A stretch of 64,000 nt of DNA from an uncultured Acidobacteriota bacterium. GTDB lineage: Bacteria > Acidobacteriota > Thermoanaerobaculia > UBA5066 > Gp7-AA6. Shown piece by piece: positions 24,596 to 33,963 of the stretch. The notes below the pieces were generated by a model that saw only the letters and a program-made list of their open reading frames with translations, had not been told where the DNA came from and made no database searches. The stretch lies in assembly GCA_963738945.1 (NCBI GenBank), contig CAVTYD010000002.1:3285233-3349232 (forward strand), read 5' to 3'. Position 1 is the stretch's first letter, and the number at the start of each line of letters is the position of its first letter. The position numbers and the translations under genes are program-made.

Positions 24596-26242
24596 ATGGC
24601 TGCACGCCTGAGCCGGAGGAGCCTGATCCGTTACGGAGCCCTGGGAGGGGCCGCCGCGGCCGCCGGGCCGCTCGCGACGAGAGCATCGGTCCCGCCGCCG
24701 CCCGGGCCGGCCGTGCCGCCGTTCGAGCTCGACGAGATCACGATCAGGGACCTCCAGAAGCGGATGGCTACGGGAGCGGACTCGGCACGCGCGCTGGTCG
24801 AGAAATACACGGCGCGGATCGAGGCGCTCGATCAGAAGGGTCCGGAGCTTCGCGCGGTGCTCGAGATCAATCCCGACGCCCTCGCGATCGCGGACCGTCT
24901 CGATGCGGAACGCCGGGCCGGAAAGCTGCGGGGGCCGCTCCACGGAATCCCGGTGCTCCTGAAGGACAACATCGGGACGGCGGACCGCATGAACACGACC
25001 GCGGGTTCTCTCGCGCTGCTCGGCGCGACTCCCTCCGCGGACGCCTTCCTGGTTCGACGCCTGCGCGACGCGGGTGCGGTGATCCTCGGCAAGACCAACC
25101 TCTCCGAGTGGGCGAACTTCCGCTCGACCCACTCCTCGAGCGGGTGGAGCGGGCGCGGCGGACAGTGCCGCAACCCCTACGCCCTCGACCGCAACCCCTC
25201 GGGCTCGAGCTCGGGCTCGGGGGCCGCGACCTCGGCCAACCTCTGCGCGGTGGCCGTCGGGAGCGAGACGGACGGATCGATCGTCTCGCCCTCGAACAAC
25301 TGCGGCCTGGTCGGCATCAAGCCCACGGTCGGGCTGGTGTCCCGCAGCGGGATCGTCCCGATCTCGCACAGCCAGGACACGGCGGGACCGATGGCGCGCA
25401 GCGTCCTGGACGCCGCGATCCTGCTGACGGCGCTCGCCGGCTACGACCCGGCGGACTCCGCGACGCGATCTCTCTCGGGCAAGTCTCCCATCGACTACGC
25501 GCAGGCGCTCGAGCGAGGCCCGGAGGACCTGGAGGGGCTCCGCATCGGTGTGCCGCGCAAGAAGCTCTTCGGACAGAGTCCCGCCGCCGACGCTCTGGTC
25601 GACGCGGCGATCGTCGACCTCAAGAGGCTCGGCGCGGTGATCGTGGATCCGGCGGACATCGCGACCCTCGGCGACACCGACGAGAGCGAGTTCGAGGTCC
25701 TGCTCTACGAGTTCAAGGCGGACCTGAACGCCTACCTCGCCGGCCTCGGCGCGAAGACGCCGTACAAGACGCTGAAGGACCTCATCCGTTTCAACGAAGA
25801 AAACCGGTACCGCGAGATGCCCTACTTCGGCCAGGAGATCTTCGAGAAGGCGGAGGCGAAGGGGCCGCTGACGGAGAAGGCCTACCTCGACGCGCTCGAG
25901 AAGGACCTGCGCGCGACGCGCCAGGAGGGGATCGACAAGACCATGGACGAGCACAAGCTCGACGCCCTCGTCGCTCCGACGAGCGGGCCCGCGACGCTGA
26001 TCGATCTCGTCAACGGCGACTACGGTCCGGGTGGGAGCTCGTCCTTTCCGGCGATCGCGGGGTATCCCGATGTCTCGATTCCCTGCGGCCGAAAGTTCGG
26101 CCTGCCCGTCGGCATGTCGATCTTCGGCCGGCGCTGGAGCGAGCCGACGCTGCTCCGGATCGCGTACGCGTATGAGCAGGCCACCCGGCACCGGCGTACG
26201 CCGAAGTTCCTCGCGACCGCGGAGCTCGGCCCCCTCGGCTGA
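24596..26242 (+). CDS. Amidase (amidase-signature family), Tat-exported
   Basis: Has a twin-arginine signal (SRRSLIRYGALGGAAAAAG) and the AS signature GSSSGSGAA with upstream K and S. Confidence 0.9.
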   Translation: MAARLSRRSLIRYGALGGAAAAAGPLATRASVPPPPGPAVPPFELDEITIRDLQKRMATGADSARALVEKYTARIEALDQKGPELRAVLEINPDALAIADRLDAERRAGKLRGPLHGIPVLLKDNIGTADRMNTTAGSLALLGATPSADAFLVRRLRDAGAVILGKTNLSEWANFRSTHSSSGWSGRGGQCRNPYALDRNPSGSSSGSGAATSANLCAVAVGSETDGSIVSPSNNCGLVGIKPTVGLVSRSGIVPISHSQDTAGPMARSVLDAAILLTALAGYDPADSATRSLSGKSPIDYAQALERGPEDLEGLRIGVPRKKLFGQSPAADALVDAAIVDLKRLGAVIVDPADIATLGDTDESEFEVLLYEFKADLNAYLAGLGAKTPYKTLKDLIRFNEENRYREMPYFGQEIFEKAEAKGPLTEKAYLDALEKDLRATRQEGIDKTMDEHKLDALVAPTSGPATLIDLVNGDYGPGGSSSFPAIAGYPDVSIPCGRKFGLPVGMSIFGRRWSEPTLLRIAYAYEQATRHRRTPKFLATAELGPLG

Positions 26243-26285
26243 GGTTTGCGGGAATCCCGCGCCGCCGGGGTTCGTTGGGCTCGTC

Positions 26286-27347
26286 GTGCGGACCCGGGCT
26301 CTGGCGACCTCGCTTTTCGCGGCGCTCGCGGCGGGGCCGGCTGCGCTCGGGCAGCAGCAGCCCCCGGTCCAGGAGCAGGTCCACGTCACCGTCGTCGAGG
26401 TCACGCTCCACGCCTCCGACCGCTCGGGGGATCCCGTGCGGGGCCTCGGACCGCGGGACCTTCGTCTCTACGTCGACGGTCGCGACGAGCCGATCGAAAG
26501 CGTCGAATGGGTTTCGAACGAGCCGAAGCCGGAGGCCGGCGAGATACGCCCGTCTCCCTCGGCGACGCCGGCCGCGGGCGAAGGCGAATCGGCCGAGCCC
26601 GCCGCCGTTTCCCCGGGGCGCCTCCTCGTCCTTCTGTTCCAGTGGCACATCGAGGCTCAGAAAATGGAAGGTCACGTGCGCATGTCCCGCCAGGCGCTCG
26701 AATTTCTCGACACGCTCCGCCCCGACGACCGGGTCGCGGTCGTGACCTTTGGCTCGAGCCTGTGGCTCCGTCAGGACTTCACGAGCGACCGCGCCCGGCT
26801 TCGCTCGGCCGTGCAGAACGCGCTCGCTCTCGAAAACGCTCCGGCGTCGCCCGAGGCGCCGTCGCTCTCGGCGATCCTGCACGAGCGCGAAAATACGACG
26901 TCGATCGAAAAGGCCTTCATCGCCCTCGGCGACGCGCTGCGCCCGCTACCCGGATCGAAGGCGATCGTTTTTTTCGGCTGGGGCATCGGCAAGGTGGACT
27001 TCCTGATGCCGGACCAGGGGTTCGGCACGATGCGCTACTCGCCCGACTACGACCGCGCGGTGGCGGCGCTCGGCCGCGCCCAGGCTCCCGTCTTCGCCCT
27101 GGACATCAGCGGCGGCCATCACAGCCTCGAGGCGGGTCTCGAGCGTCTGGCCTTCGAGACGGGCGGCTACTACCTGCCGACGTACGACTTTCCGCGCTGG
27201 GCGATGACGACGGCTTCGCGGGCGCTGACCGGCCACTACGTCCTGGTGTTCCGGCCGCCCGCGCTCCCGAAGCGAGGGTTCCACGAGATCCGCATCGAGG
27301 GACCTCCGGGGATCAGGCTTCTGTACCGCCAGGGTTATGAGGACTGA
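26286..27347 (+). CDS. VWA domain protein (acidobacterial VWFA-related, TIGR03436-like)
   Basis: A GTG start gives a signal peptide (VRTRALATSLFAALAAG). Sequence matches the family (VTVVEVTLHASDRSGDPVRGLGPRDLRLYVDG...VAVVTFGSS...YVLVFRPP). Confidence 0.75.
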   Translation: MRTRALATSLFAALAAGPAALGQQQPPVQEQVHVTVVEVTLHASDRSGDPVRGLGPRDLRLYVDGRDEPIESVEWVSNEPKPEAGEIRPSPSATPAAGEGESAEPAAVSPGRLLVLLFQWHIEAQKMEGHVRMSRQALEFLDTLRPDDRVAVVTFGSSLWLRQDFTSDRARLRSAVQNALALENAPASPEAPSLSAILHERENTTSIEKAFIALGDALRPLPGSKAIVFFGWGIGKVDFLMPDQGFGTMRYSPDYDRAVAALGRAQAPVFALDISGGHHSLEAGLERLAFETGGYYLPTYDFPRWAMTTASRALTGHYVLVFRPPALPKRGFHEIRIEGPPGIRLLYRQGYED

Positions 27348-28259
27348 TCAGTCGGGGAAGCTCGTCGGCTTCTCGAGCGCCCGAAGGTAGAGCTCCTCTT
27401 CGATGTTGCGGCCGGTGACGATCGCGACGACGGGGCCCTGGAGGTCGGAGATCCGCGGCAGTCCCGCGAGCGCCGCCGCCGCGGCCCCCTCCGCACGGAT
27501 GCCGGCGCGGGCATAGGAGCCGACGGCGTAGGCCATCTCGCGCTCGGAGACCGTGAGCATCCGGTCGACGACGTGCCCGAGCCGCGCGACGGCTTCCGGG
27601 ATCGCGACGCGGACGGCGAGGCCGTCGGCGAAGGTCGCCATGCGGCCGCACTCGACGGCGCGGCCGGCTTCCCACGAGAGCGCCATGACGGGGGCGTCCT
27701 TCGCGGCGACGCCGACGACGAGCGTGCCGGGAGAGCGGCGCTTCATGATCGCTCCGATGCCGCCGATGAGCGCGCCGTTGCCGACGGGAACGATCACGGC
27801 CGACGGCGGCTCGGGGAGCTGGTCGAGGATCTCGTCCGCGATCGCTCCGTAACCTTCGTACTGCGCCGGCTCGACGCCGTCCTCGAAAAACGGGATGCGG
27901 GCCTCGTCGGCGAATCGCTTGCCCTCGTCCTTCGCGAAGTCGAGATCGGTCCCGGCCAGTCGAATCTCCGCCCCGAGTCCGTCGATCAGGGCGAGCTTGG
28001 CGAGGGAAGCCCCCGCCGGGGCGTAGACCATGGCGCGCAATCCGAGGCGCCGGCTCGCCCAGGCCACCGCGGCGCCGTGGTTGCCGGTCGACGCGGTGAC
28101 GACTGCCGCGGCGCCGCGCTCCTGGAGCGCCGCGATCGTCGGCAGGGCGCCGCGCCACTTGAACGCACCGAGCTCGTGTCCGTCCTCGCGCTTCAACCAG
28201 AGCGCGAGACCGTCGTACAGCCCCCCGGGCGCCCGTTCGAGCGGCGAAGGGAGGTCCAT
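27348..28259 (-). CDS. PLP-dependent serine/threonine dehydratase family enzyme
   Basis: Has the PLP-Lys motif (GAFKWRGA), STGNHGAA, and a Gly-rich phosphate loop (VPVGNGALIGG). Confidence 0.85.
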   Translation of the reverse strand: MDLPSPLERAPGGLYDGLALWLKREDGHELGAFKWRGALPTIAALQERGAAAVVTASTGNHGAAVAWASRRLGLRAMVYAPAGASLAKLALIDGLGAEIRLAGTDLDFAKDEGKRFADEARIPFFEDGVEPAQYEGYGAIADEILDQLPEPPSAVIVPVGNGALIGGIGAIMKRRSPGTLVVGVAAKDAPVMALSWEAGRAVECGRMATFADGLAVRVAIPEAVARLGHVVDRMLTVSEREMAYAVGSYARAGIRAEGAAAAALAGLPRISDLQGPVVAIVTGRNIEEELYLRALEKPTSFPD

Positions 28260-28321
28260 GGCGGGAGACTACTGCAGGGGCGGGTTTTCCCTCCGTCGTC
28301 CGGGATCACCGCGGGCCGGTT

Positions 28322-28819
28322 TCAGGCCATCCGGCCGGAATCGTTCGGGTCAGGGGCTGCGGTGAGCCGGGTCGAGAGCCGCCGGAGGATGGGCAGGATC
28401 CCGAAGTAGAGGGCGGCGAGCAGCAGGGGCGAGATCGCGAGCCACGCGACGAACGCATGGAGGAGCGTCGTCTTCAGCTCGAGAGCGGCCCCGGCGAAAT
28501 TCGAGCGCAGCATCTCGAGAAGCCGCGAGAGGGGACGCCTCTCGGGGCTCGCGCGGAACATCCACTCTCCGAGGCGGATGAAGGGAAAGATCAGGAGCAA
28601 TTGAAGGGCATAGGACGACCAGTTGATCGCCTGGATGATCGGCTGGTTCAACCGCAGGGCCCAGGCGGCGACGAAGCAGAAGATGGTCGTCGTTCCGATG
28701 ATCGGGTTGACGGCGATGCAGAGTCCGACGGCCACGGTCAGAGCGACCTTTTCGGCCGTCAGGCCCTGCGTCAGCTGCTGGTGAATCGGGTCGCGGATCT
28801 TCCGCCGGAGGAAGCTCAC
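28322..28819 (-). CDS. DUF2062 family membrane protein
   Basis: The GTG start overlaps the cfa stop (GTGA). Sequence is DUF2062-like (VAVGLCIAVNPIIGTTTIFCFVAAWALRLNQPIIQAIN). Confidence 0.65.
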   Translation of the reverse strand: MSFLRRKIRDPIHQQLTQGLTAEKVALTVAVGLCIAVNPIIGTTTIFCFVAAWALRLNQPIIQAINWSSYALQLLLIFPFIRLGEWMFRASPERRPLSRLLEMLRSNFAGAALELKTTLLHAFVAWLAISPLLLAALYFGILPILRRLSTRLTAAPDPNDSGRMA

Positions 28820-30057
28820 CGCGCCCGGCTGACGAGCTCGGGCTTCGAGGGGTCCGGGGAGACGGGCGGCCGGGCGCCGGCCTTTCGCAGCAGGATCTGG
28901 GCGTCGCCGATGTGCTTCTCGGCGAAACCGCCTTCGCAGTAGGCGAGGTAGTACTCCCACATCCGCAGGAAGCTCTCGGGGAATCCGAGTGCGCGGACGC
29001 GCTCGCGGTTCCGCAGGAGGCGATCGCGCCAGCACGCGAGCGTCGTGACGTAGTGCGGGCCGATCTCCTCGAGGCCGGCGACCGAGAGACGCGTCGCCCG
29101 CGCGAGCGAGCGCCGGATCTCGGCGACGGAGGCGAGCTCACTGCCCGGGAAAATGTGCCTCTGGATGAAGTCGGGCTGGCGGCGGTATCGCTCGAATCGC
29201 TTCTCGTTCATCCAGATCGTCTGCAGGAGCATCGAGCCCCCCGGCTCCAGGCGCCGGTCCACGGCGCCGAAGTAGTCGTCGTAGTACCGGAGGCCCACCG
29301 CCTCGAACATCTCGATCGAGACCGCCTTGTCGTAGCGGCCCGAGAGCCGGCGATAGTCCTCGAAGAGCAGCTCGACGCGCGAGCTCAACCCCTCCTCCTC
29401 GATGCGCCGCCGCGCGAAGTCGTGCTGCGAGCGGCTGATCGTCGTCGTCGTCACCCGGCAGCCGTACTCCTTCGCCGCGTGAATCGCGAAGGCGCCCCAG
29501 CCGGTTCCGATCTCGAGGAGGCGATCTCCCGGAGACAACTCCAGCGCGCGGGCGACGCGGTCGAGCTTCTCGCGCTGCGCGTCGGCGAGCGAGGCGCCGG
29601 GAGGGTCGAAGATCGCGCAGGAATACGTCAGCGAGGGATCGAGAAAGAGCGAGTAGAAGTCCTCGCCGAGGTCGTAGTGGTAGCGAATGTTGCCGCGGCT
29701 TCCGCGGAGCGAGTTGCGGTGGAGGCGATGCCGGAGCCGCTCGATCCAGCGGTCGAGCGTCGCCGGAAAGCGGCCGCCGAGGTCGAACACCGCGGTGTTT
29801 CGTGCCGCCAGACGCGTGACCGACGGCAGATCCGGGGAGCTCCAGAGACCGTCGGCATAGGTTTCGCCGAAGGCGATGTCGCCTCCGACGACGACGCGGC
29901 GGAAAACGGAGCGGTCGTGGACTTCCACCGATGCCGAAAGGCTCGAGCCGACCTCGCCGAACACCCGCCGGCTGCCGTCGGGCAACCGCAGCTCGAGAAG
30001 TCCGCCCCGGATGCGATCGAGGCTTCGGAAGAGCGCGGACTGCGCCAGACGCTTCAC
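28816..30057 (-). CDS. cfa: Cyclopropane-fatty-acyl-phospholipid synthase
   Basis: Has HYDLGEDFY, LLEIGTGWG (SAM motif), IEMFEAVG, and WEYYLAYCEGGF. Confidence 0.9.
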   Translation of the reverse strand: MKRLAQSALFRSLDRIRGGLLELRLPDGSRRVFGEVGSSLSASVEVHDRSVFRRVVVGGDIAFGETYADGLWSSPDLPSVTRLAARNTAVFDLGGRFPATLDRWIERLRHRLHRNSLRGSRGNIRYHYDLGEDFYSLFLDPSLTYSCAIFDPPGASLADAQREKLDRVARALELSPGDRLLEIGTGWGAFAIHAAKEYGCRVTTTTISRSQHDFARRRIEEEGLSSRVELLFEDYRRLSGRYDKAVSIEMFEAVGLRYYDDYFGAVDRRLEPGGSMLLQTIWMNEKRFERYRRQPDFIQRHIFPGSELASVAEIRRSLARATRLSVAGLEEIGPHYVTTLACWRDRLLRNRERVRALGFPESFLRMWEYYLAYCEGGFAEKHIGDAQILLRKAGARPPVSPDPSKPELVSRAR

Positions 30058-30097
30058 GGTTCCGCGGTGGAAGGTCCGAGCCGGCTCACGGTCGGTG

Positions 30098-31258
30098 CTA
30101 GCCCGGCAAGGGCTCCGGCATGGCGAGCGATTCGGCGGTCGCGACCAGGCGCTCGAGAATCTCGGCCAGGTGAGCCCGGGCCTTCTCGATCTCGGCGTGG
30201 ATTTCCTCGAGGCGCTTGCCGGCGCGGGCGCCTGCGGCCGCGGCTTCCTCGTGAAGGCGGTCGAGGCGAGCGACGGCTCTCGCGCGAGCCGCATCGAGCT
30301 CGACCAGGGCGTCGTGAGCCGTCAGCCGCACGGAGGCGCCGAGCTCCGCCCAGCGCCGCGAAAGCCTCAACACCTGTTCGTGGAGGCGCGCCGAGGTGAA
30401 CGCGCGGCCCGTTCGCATCGCATCCGTCGCGGCCTCGCGCCAGCGCTCCGGCGGCCGATGGAGCCCGCGCACGAGGCCGAGCTTCTCGCCGAGCCAGAGC
30501 ACGTAATAGCTCGCGTCCACTTCCCACCACCGGAATCCCTGCGCCGCCGAGCCGGGCGCCCAGTGATGGTTGTTGTGCCAACCCTCGCCCATCGTGACGA
30601 GCGAGAAGAAGAAGCTGTTGCGCGAGTCGTCGGTCGTCGCATACACGCGGCGGCCGACCAGGTGCATGAAGCTGTTGATGGAAAACGTGCCGTGCCACAG
30701 GAGCACGGTCGAGAGAAAGTAGCCATAGAAGAGGCCGGTCGGCCCGAAAGCGAGCGCGAGCGCCACGGCATAGACGGCGGTCGGCACGTACTGATGCCGG
30801 TCGAGCCAGACCAGCTCGGGGTACTTGGCCAGGTCCGGGACGCGCGAGTGGTCCGATTTGGCGTGATCCGATCCGAGGATCCAGCCCATGTGGCTCCACC
30901 AGAATCCGCGCTGGATCGGGCTGTGCACGTCCTCGGGGCGGTCGGAGTAGCGATGATGATGGCGATGGTTCGACGCCCACCAGAGCACGCCCTTCTGCGC
31001 GGCCGTCTGGCCGAGGAAGGCGAGCAGGAACTGAGACACCCGCGGCAGGGCATAGGTCCGGTGGCTGAAGTAGCGGTGGAAGCCCGCGGTGATGGCGAAC
31101 ATGCGAAGGTAGTAGGAGGCGACGCACAGCGCCACCCCCTTCCACGAGAAGCCGACCCAGATGACGCCGAGGGCGGCCAGATGCACGGCGAGAAAGCCGA
31201 TGACGGCCGAGGGGCGAAGCCGGTCCGGCGCCGGGGAAGTCAGAGTTTCCGAGCTCAT
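30098..31258 (-). CDS. Acyl-CoA/acyl-lipid delta-9-type fatty acid desaturase with a C-terminal coiled-coil extension
   Basis: Three His boxes are present (HRYFSH, HRHHH, HNNHH). About 110 extra C-terminal residues are rich in A/R/E heptad-like sequence. Confidence 0.88.
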   Translation of the reverse strand: MSSETLTSPAPDRLRPSAVIGFLAVHLAALGVIWVGFSWKGVALCVASYYLRMFAITAGFHRYFSHRTYALPRVSQFLLAFLGQTAAQKGVLWWASNHRHHHRYSDRPEDVHSPIQRGFWWSHMGWILGSDHAKSDHSRVPDLAKYPELVWLDRHQYVPTAVYAVALALAFGPTGLFYGYFLSTVLLWHGTFSINSFMHLVGRRVYATTDDSRNSFFFSLVTMGEGWHNNHHWAPGSAAQGFRWWEVDASYYVLWLGEKLGLVRGLHRPPERWREAATDAMRTGRAFTSARLHEQVLRLSRRWAELGASVRLTAHDALVELDAARARAVARLDRLHEEAAAAGARAGKRLEEIHAEIEKARAHLAEILERLVATAESLAMPEPLPG

Positions 31259-31290
31259 CGGAGCATTTTACCGTTTCCGGCCGTCCCGGA

Positions 31291-31902
31291 CTACTTCGCG
31301 GCCGGGGCCTCCGGGGCCTTCTTCACGGTTTCGAGGTCGACGGTGACGTCCACGTCGTCGGAGAGCATGAGGCTTCCGTTGTCGAGCGCTTTGTTCCAGT
31401 TGATGCCGAAGTCCTTTCGGTTCAACTTCGTATTGAGCTCGAAGCTCGCGCGCTCGTTGCCCCGGGGGTCCTTCATCGAGCCGAGGTAGGTGACGGGGAG
31501 CGTGACCTCCCTGGAGACGCCGTGCATCGTGAACGTGCCGGTGACGGCGTACGTGTCCTTGCCGGTCGCCGTGATCTTCGAGCTCTTGAAGGTGATCTCG
31601 GGGAACTTGGCGGCGTCGAAGAAATTCTCGGAGCGGAGGTCGTCGTCGCGGTGGGAGTTGTTGGTGTCGATCGAGGCCGCCTTGATCGTGAAGACGACCG
31701 ACGACGCATCGGGCCTGGCGGTGTCGGCCTGGATCGTGCCGTCGAAGTCGGAGAAACGCCCGTGGACCTTCGAGGCGAAGTGGCGGATCGTGAAGCTGAC
31801 GTCGGAATGGCCCTTGTCGATCGCGTACGTGTCGGCGGCAAAGAGCGGCGCCGCGGCCGCGGCGGCGAGGAGCAGAATCGGCATCCGGAGTCGGCGAAGC
31901 AT
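31291..31902 (-). CDS. YceI family periplasmic polyisoprenoid-binding protein
   Basis: Has a signal peptide and YceI motifs (YAIDKGHSDVSFTIRHF, ASIDTNNSHRDDDLRS, FTMHGVSREV). Confidence 0.88.
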   Translation of the reverse strand: MLRRLRMPILLLAAAAAAPLFAADTYAIDKGHSDVSFTIRHFASKVHGRFSDFDGTIQADTARPDASSVVFTIKAASIDTNNSHRDDDLRSENFFDAAKFPEITFKSSKITATGKDTYAVTGTFTMHGVSREVTLPVTYLGSMKDPRGNERASFELNTKLNRKDFGINWNKALDNGSLMLSDDVDVTVDLETVKKAPEAPAAK

Positions 31903-31949
31903 CGTGTCTCCTTTCGGGCGGTGAGGGTCTTGCCGGGGCGGACGGAAGT

Positions 31950-33041
31950 CTATTGAACCCGGCCTCTCGCCGCCACCGTGATTCGACCCTCGACCCGCTC
32001 CCCGCGAATCGCCGTGAGGGAATCGTGGAGGTTGACGACGGCGCAGGCGTGGTTGGGGAGGAGGCGGACCCGCTGACCCACGCGGAACGTCTCGCCCGGC
32101 GAGACCGCGAGGACGCCGTGCTCCTCCGAGACGCGGGCCACGCGGGTCCGGCCGCCGGAGACGATGCCGAAGCCGTCGGCCTCGGGGCGCATGGGGTCGG
32201 AGGAGAGCGTCTTCGAGCCCGCGTCGACGACGGCGCGGCCGGATTCCGGCGCGCTCACCACGGTCGCGAGGATGGTCAATGCACAGTCTCCGGGGCCGGC
32301 GCTTCCGAGCGCGAGCTGGGAGCGGTCGTTGTAGACGTAGGTCCCCGGACGGCACTCGGTGACGCCGCGCCCGGTCATCGCCGCGGCGGCGGTGGGCGTC
32401 GAGCCGACGGAGACCTCGTCCACGGACAGCCCGGCCTCGCGCAGCGCCTGCGCGGTCTCGGCGGCCAGGCGGGCCTCTTCCGCACCGACGCGCGCGACGT
32501 CCGCGGGAGTCGGGCCGGCGTAGCCCTGCCCCGCATGGGTGAAGACGCCGGAGAGCTCGAGGCCGGGGACGCCGGCGACGGCCGCGGCGAGCGCGACGGT
32601 GTCCTCGGGGCGAACTCCGGCCCGGTGGAAGCCCGGATCGATCTCGAGCCGCACCGAGAGCTTCCGTCCGGCGCGCGCGAACGCGCCGCCGAGGCTTCGC
32701 GCCCCGTCGAGGCTGTCCACGCCGACGGCGAGGCGGACCCGATCGGCGAGCGCGAGCAGGCGGCGCGCCTTGTCGTCGCCCACGATCGTGTACGCGAGAA
32801 AGAGATCGTCGAAGCCGAGATCGGCGAAGACCTCCGCCTCCGAGGTCTTGGCGAGCGTCAGGCCGTGCGCTCCCGCCGTGAGCTGCAGCCGGCCGATCTC
32901 CGGCGACTTGTGCGTCTTCGCGTGGGGCCGAAGCCGGATTCCGGCGTCTTTCGCGCGCGCCTGCATCCGGGCGACGTTCGACTCGACGATGTCGAGGTCC
33001 ACCAGCACCGCCGGGGTGGCGAGGTCTTCGATCCGGGTCAC
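31950..33041 (-). CDS. D-TA/DSD1 family PLP enzyme (D-serine dehydratase / D-threonine aldolase-like, alanine racemase N-fold)
   Basis: Has the PLP-Lys motif RPHAKTHK and C-terminal RLLPNHAC. The GTG at 33041 is in frame. Confidence 0.8.
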   Translation of the reverse strand: MTRIEDLATPAVLVDLDIVESNVARMQARAKDAGIRLRPHAKTHKSPEIGRLQLTAGAHGLTLAKTSEAEVFADLGFDDLFLAYTIVGDDKARRLLALADRVRLAVGVDSLDGARSLGGAFARAGRKLSVRLEIDPGFHRAGVRPEDTVALAAAVAGVPGLELSGVFTHAGQGYAGPTPADVARVGAEEARLAAETAQALREAGLSVDEVSVGSTPTAAAAMTGRGVTECRPGTYVYNDRSQLALGSAGPGDCALTILATVVSAPESGRAVVDAGSKTLSSDPMRPEADGFGIVSGGRTRVARVSEEHGVLAVSPGETFRVGQRVRLLPNHACAVVNLHDSLTAIRGERVEGRITVAARGRVQ

Positions 33042-33051
33042 GAGGCCGAGT

Positions 33052-33438
33052 CTAACCTCGGCGAAAGAGGGCGAAGACGAGGCCGGACGGAATGCCCGCG
33101 ACGAGCGCGGCCGTGATCGCACCGCCGGCGAGCGCGGATCCGTTCGGCACCGACGCTCCGGAGAAGGAAGCGAGCGCGACGAGCAGCCAGAGGCCGATCG
33201 TGACGAGCATGCTGAGCGAGACGCCGCGCAGGAGCGGGGCGCCGCGCGCCTGCCGGCGATAGAGGAGCCAGGCGCCGTAGAGAAGGAGGGCGTTCTGCAG
33301 GACGCCGGCGCCATTGACCAGGACCGTGGCCACCCGGAAACCCCCGAAGTGCGAGAGCACCCAGCCCTCCGCGTCGGCGCCCGGCGAGAGCGCGCGGCCC
33401 AGGTGATAGAGCGTGTAGGGGACGCCGAGTCCTCCCAC
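33052..33438 (-). CDS. 4-TM membrane module; probably the C-terminal part of the TIR protein, or a separate small membrane protein
   Basis: Four hydrophobic helices are present. This frame is open upstream to about 33612, with no start codon other than the GTG at 33438. The in-frame upstream sequence (..GGGGSGAAPVRALVAGVVGG) reads like a linker and TM start. Confidence 0.6.
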   Translation of the reverse strand: MGGLGVPYTLYHLGRALSPGADAEGWVLSHFGGFRVATVLVNGAGVLQNALLLYGAWLLYRRQARGAPLLRGVSLSMLVTIGLWLLVALASFSGASVPNGSALAGGAITAALVAGIPSGLVFALFRRG

Positions 33439-33529
33439 GACTCCGGCGACGAGCGCGCGAACGGGCGCCGCGCCGGAGCCTCCGCCCCCGATCGTCCCCC
33501 GGGAGAGGCGTCGCAGAGGCGACCCCTTC

Positions 33530-33961
33530 CCGGCCGGCTCTGCCGGGATCGATCTTCTGCTCGTGGAGAACCGAGGCCGCCTCCTCCGCCATGGCCGAGG
33601 CCGTTTCGGGCGTCACCTCCGCCGTGACCGCGCCCTTCAGGGCCATGGCCCAGGTCTCGCTCGCGCCGACGAGCTCGTCGTGGGTGATCCCCCGGCGAAG
33701 CGGGAGGAGGGATTTTCCGAGCTCGTGGGCGCGCACGAGCTCGGCCTCGCACTGGCTCGAGGCGAGCGATGCCGCCGAGACGACGAAGAGCGCCGCCCGG
33801 CATTCGCGGATCTCGGTGCCGATGCGCTTCAGGTACGAGCCGCCGAGCCTGCTCTTCTCCTGGTAGCGCCACGTCGTATAGCCTCGGGCCTCGAGACCGG
33901 CCGCGACCTCGGCCGCGATGTCGGCATCGACGTGAGCGTACGAAATGAAAACGTCGGCCAT
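33530..33961 (-). CDS. TIR domain protein (credible coding part; the literal ORF runs on to 33038 in a non-coding-looking frame)
   Basis: MADVFISYAHVDADIA...RECRAALFVVSAASLASSQCEAELVRA matches the bacterial TIR_2 pattern, including the WC..E-type catalytic Glu position. The start lies 2 nt after the SLATT stop. Confidence 0.8.
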
Positions 33962-33963
33962 GG

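Noticed and set aside
33038-33529. Literal continuation of the TIR ORF to 33038, giving a 307-aa protein
   Set aside because: The tail is RRGARSRARRRSRGRTRR-type off-frame sequence. It overlaps a well-formed 4-TM reading frame and the start of the next gene. It is treated as the consequence of a frameshift rather than real coding sequence.
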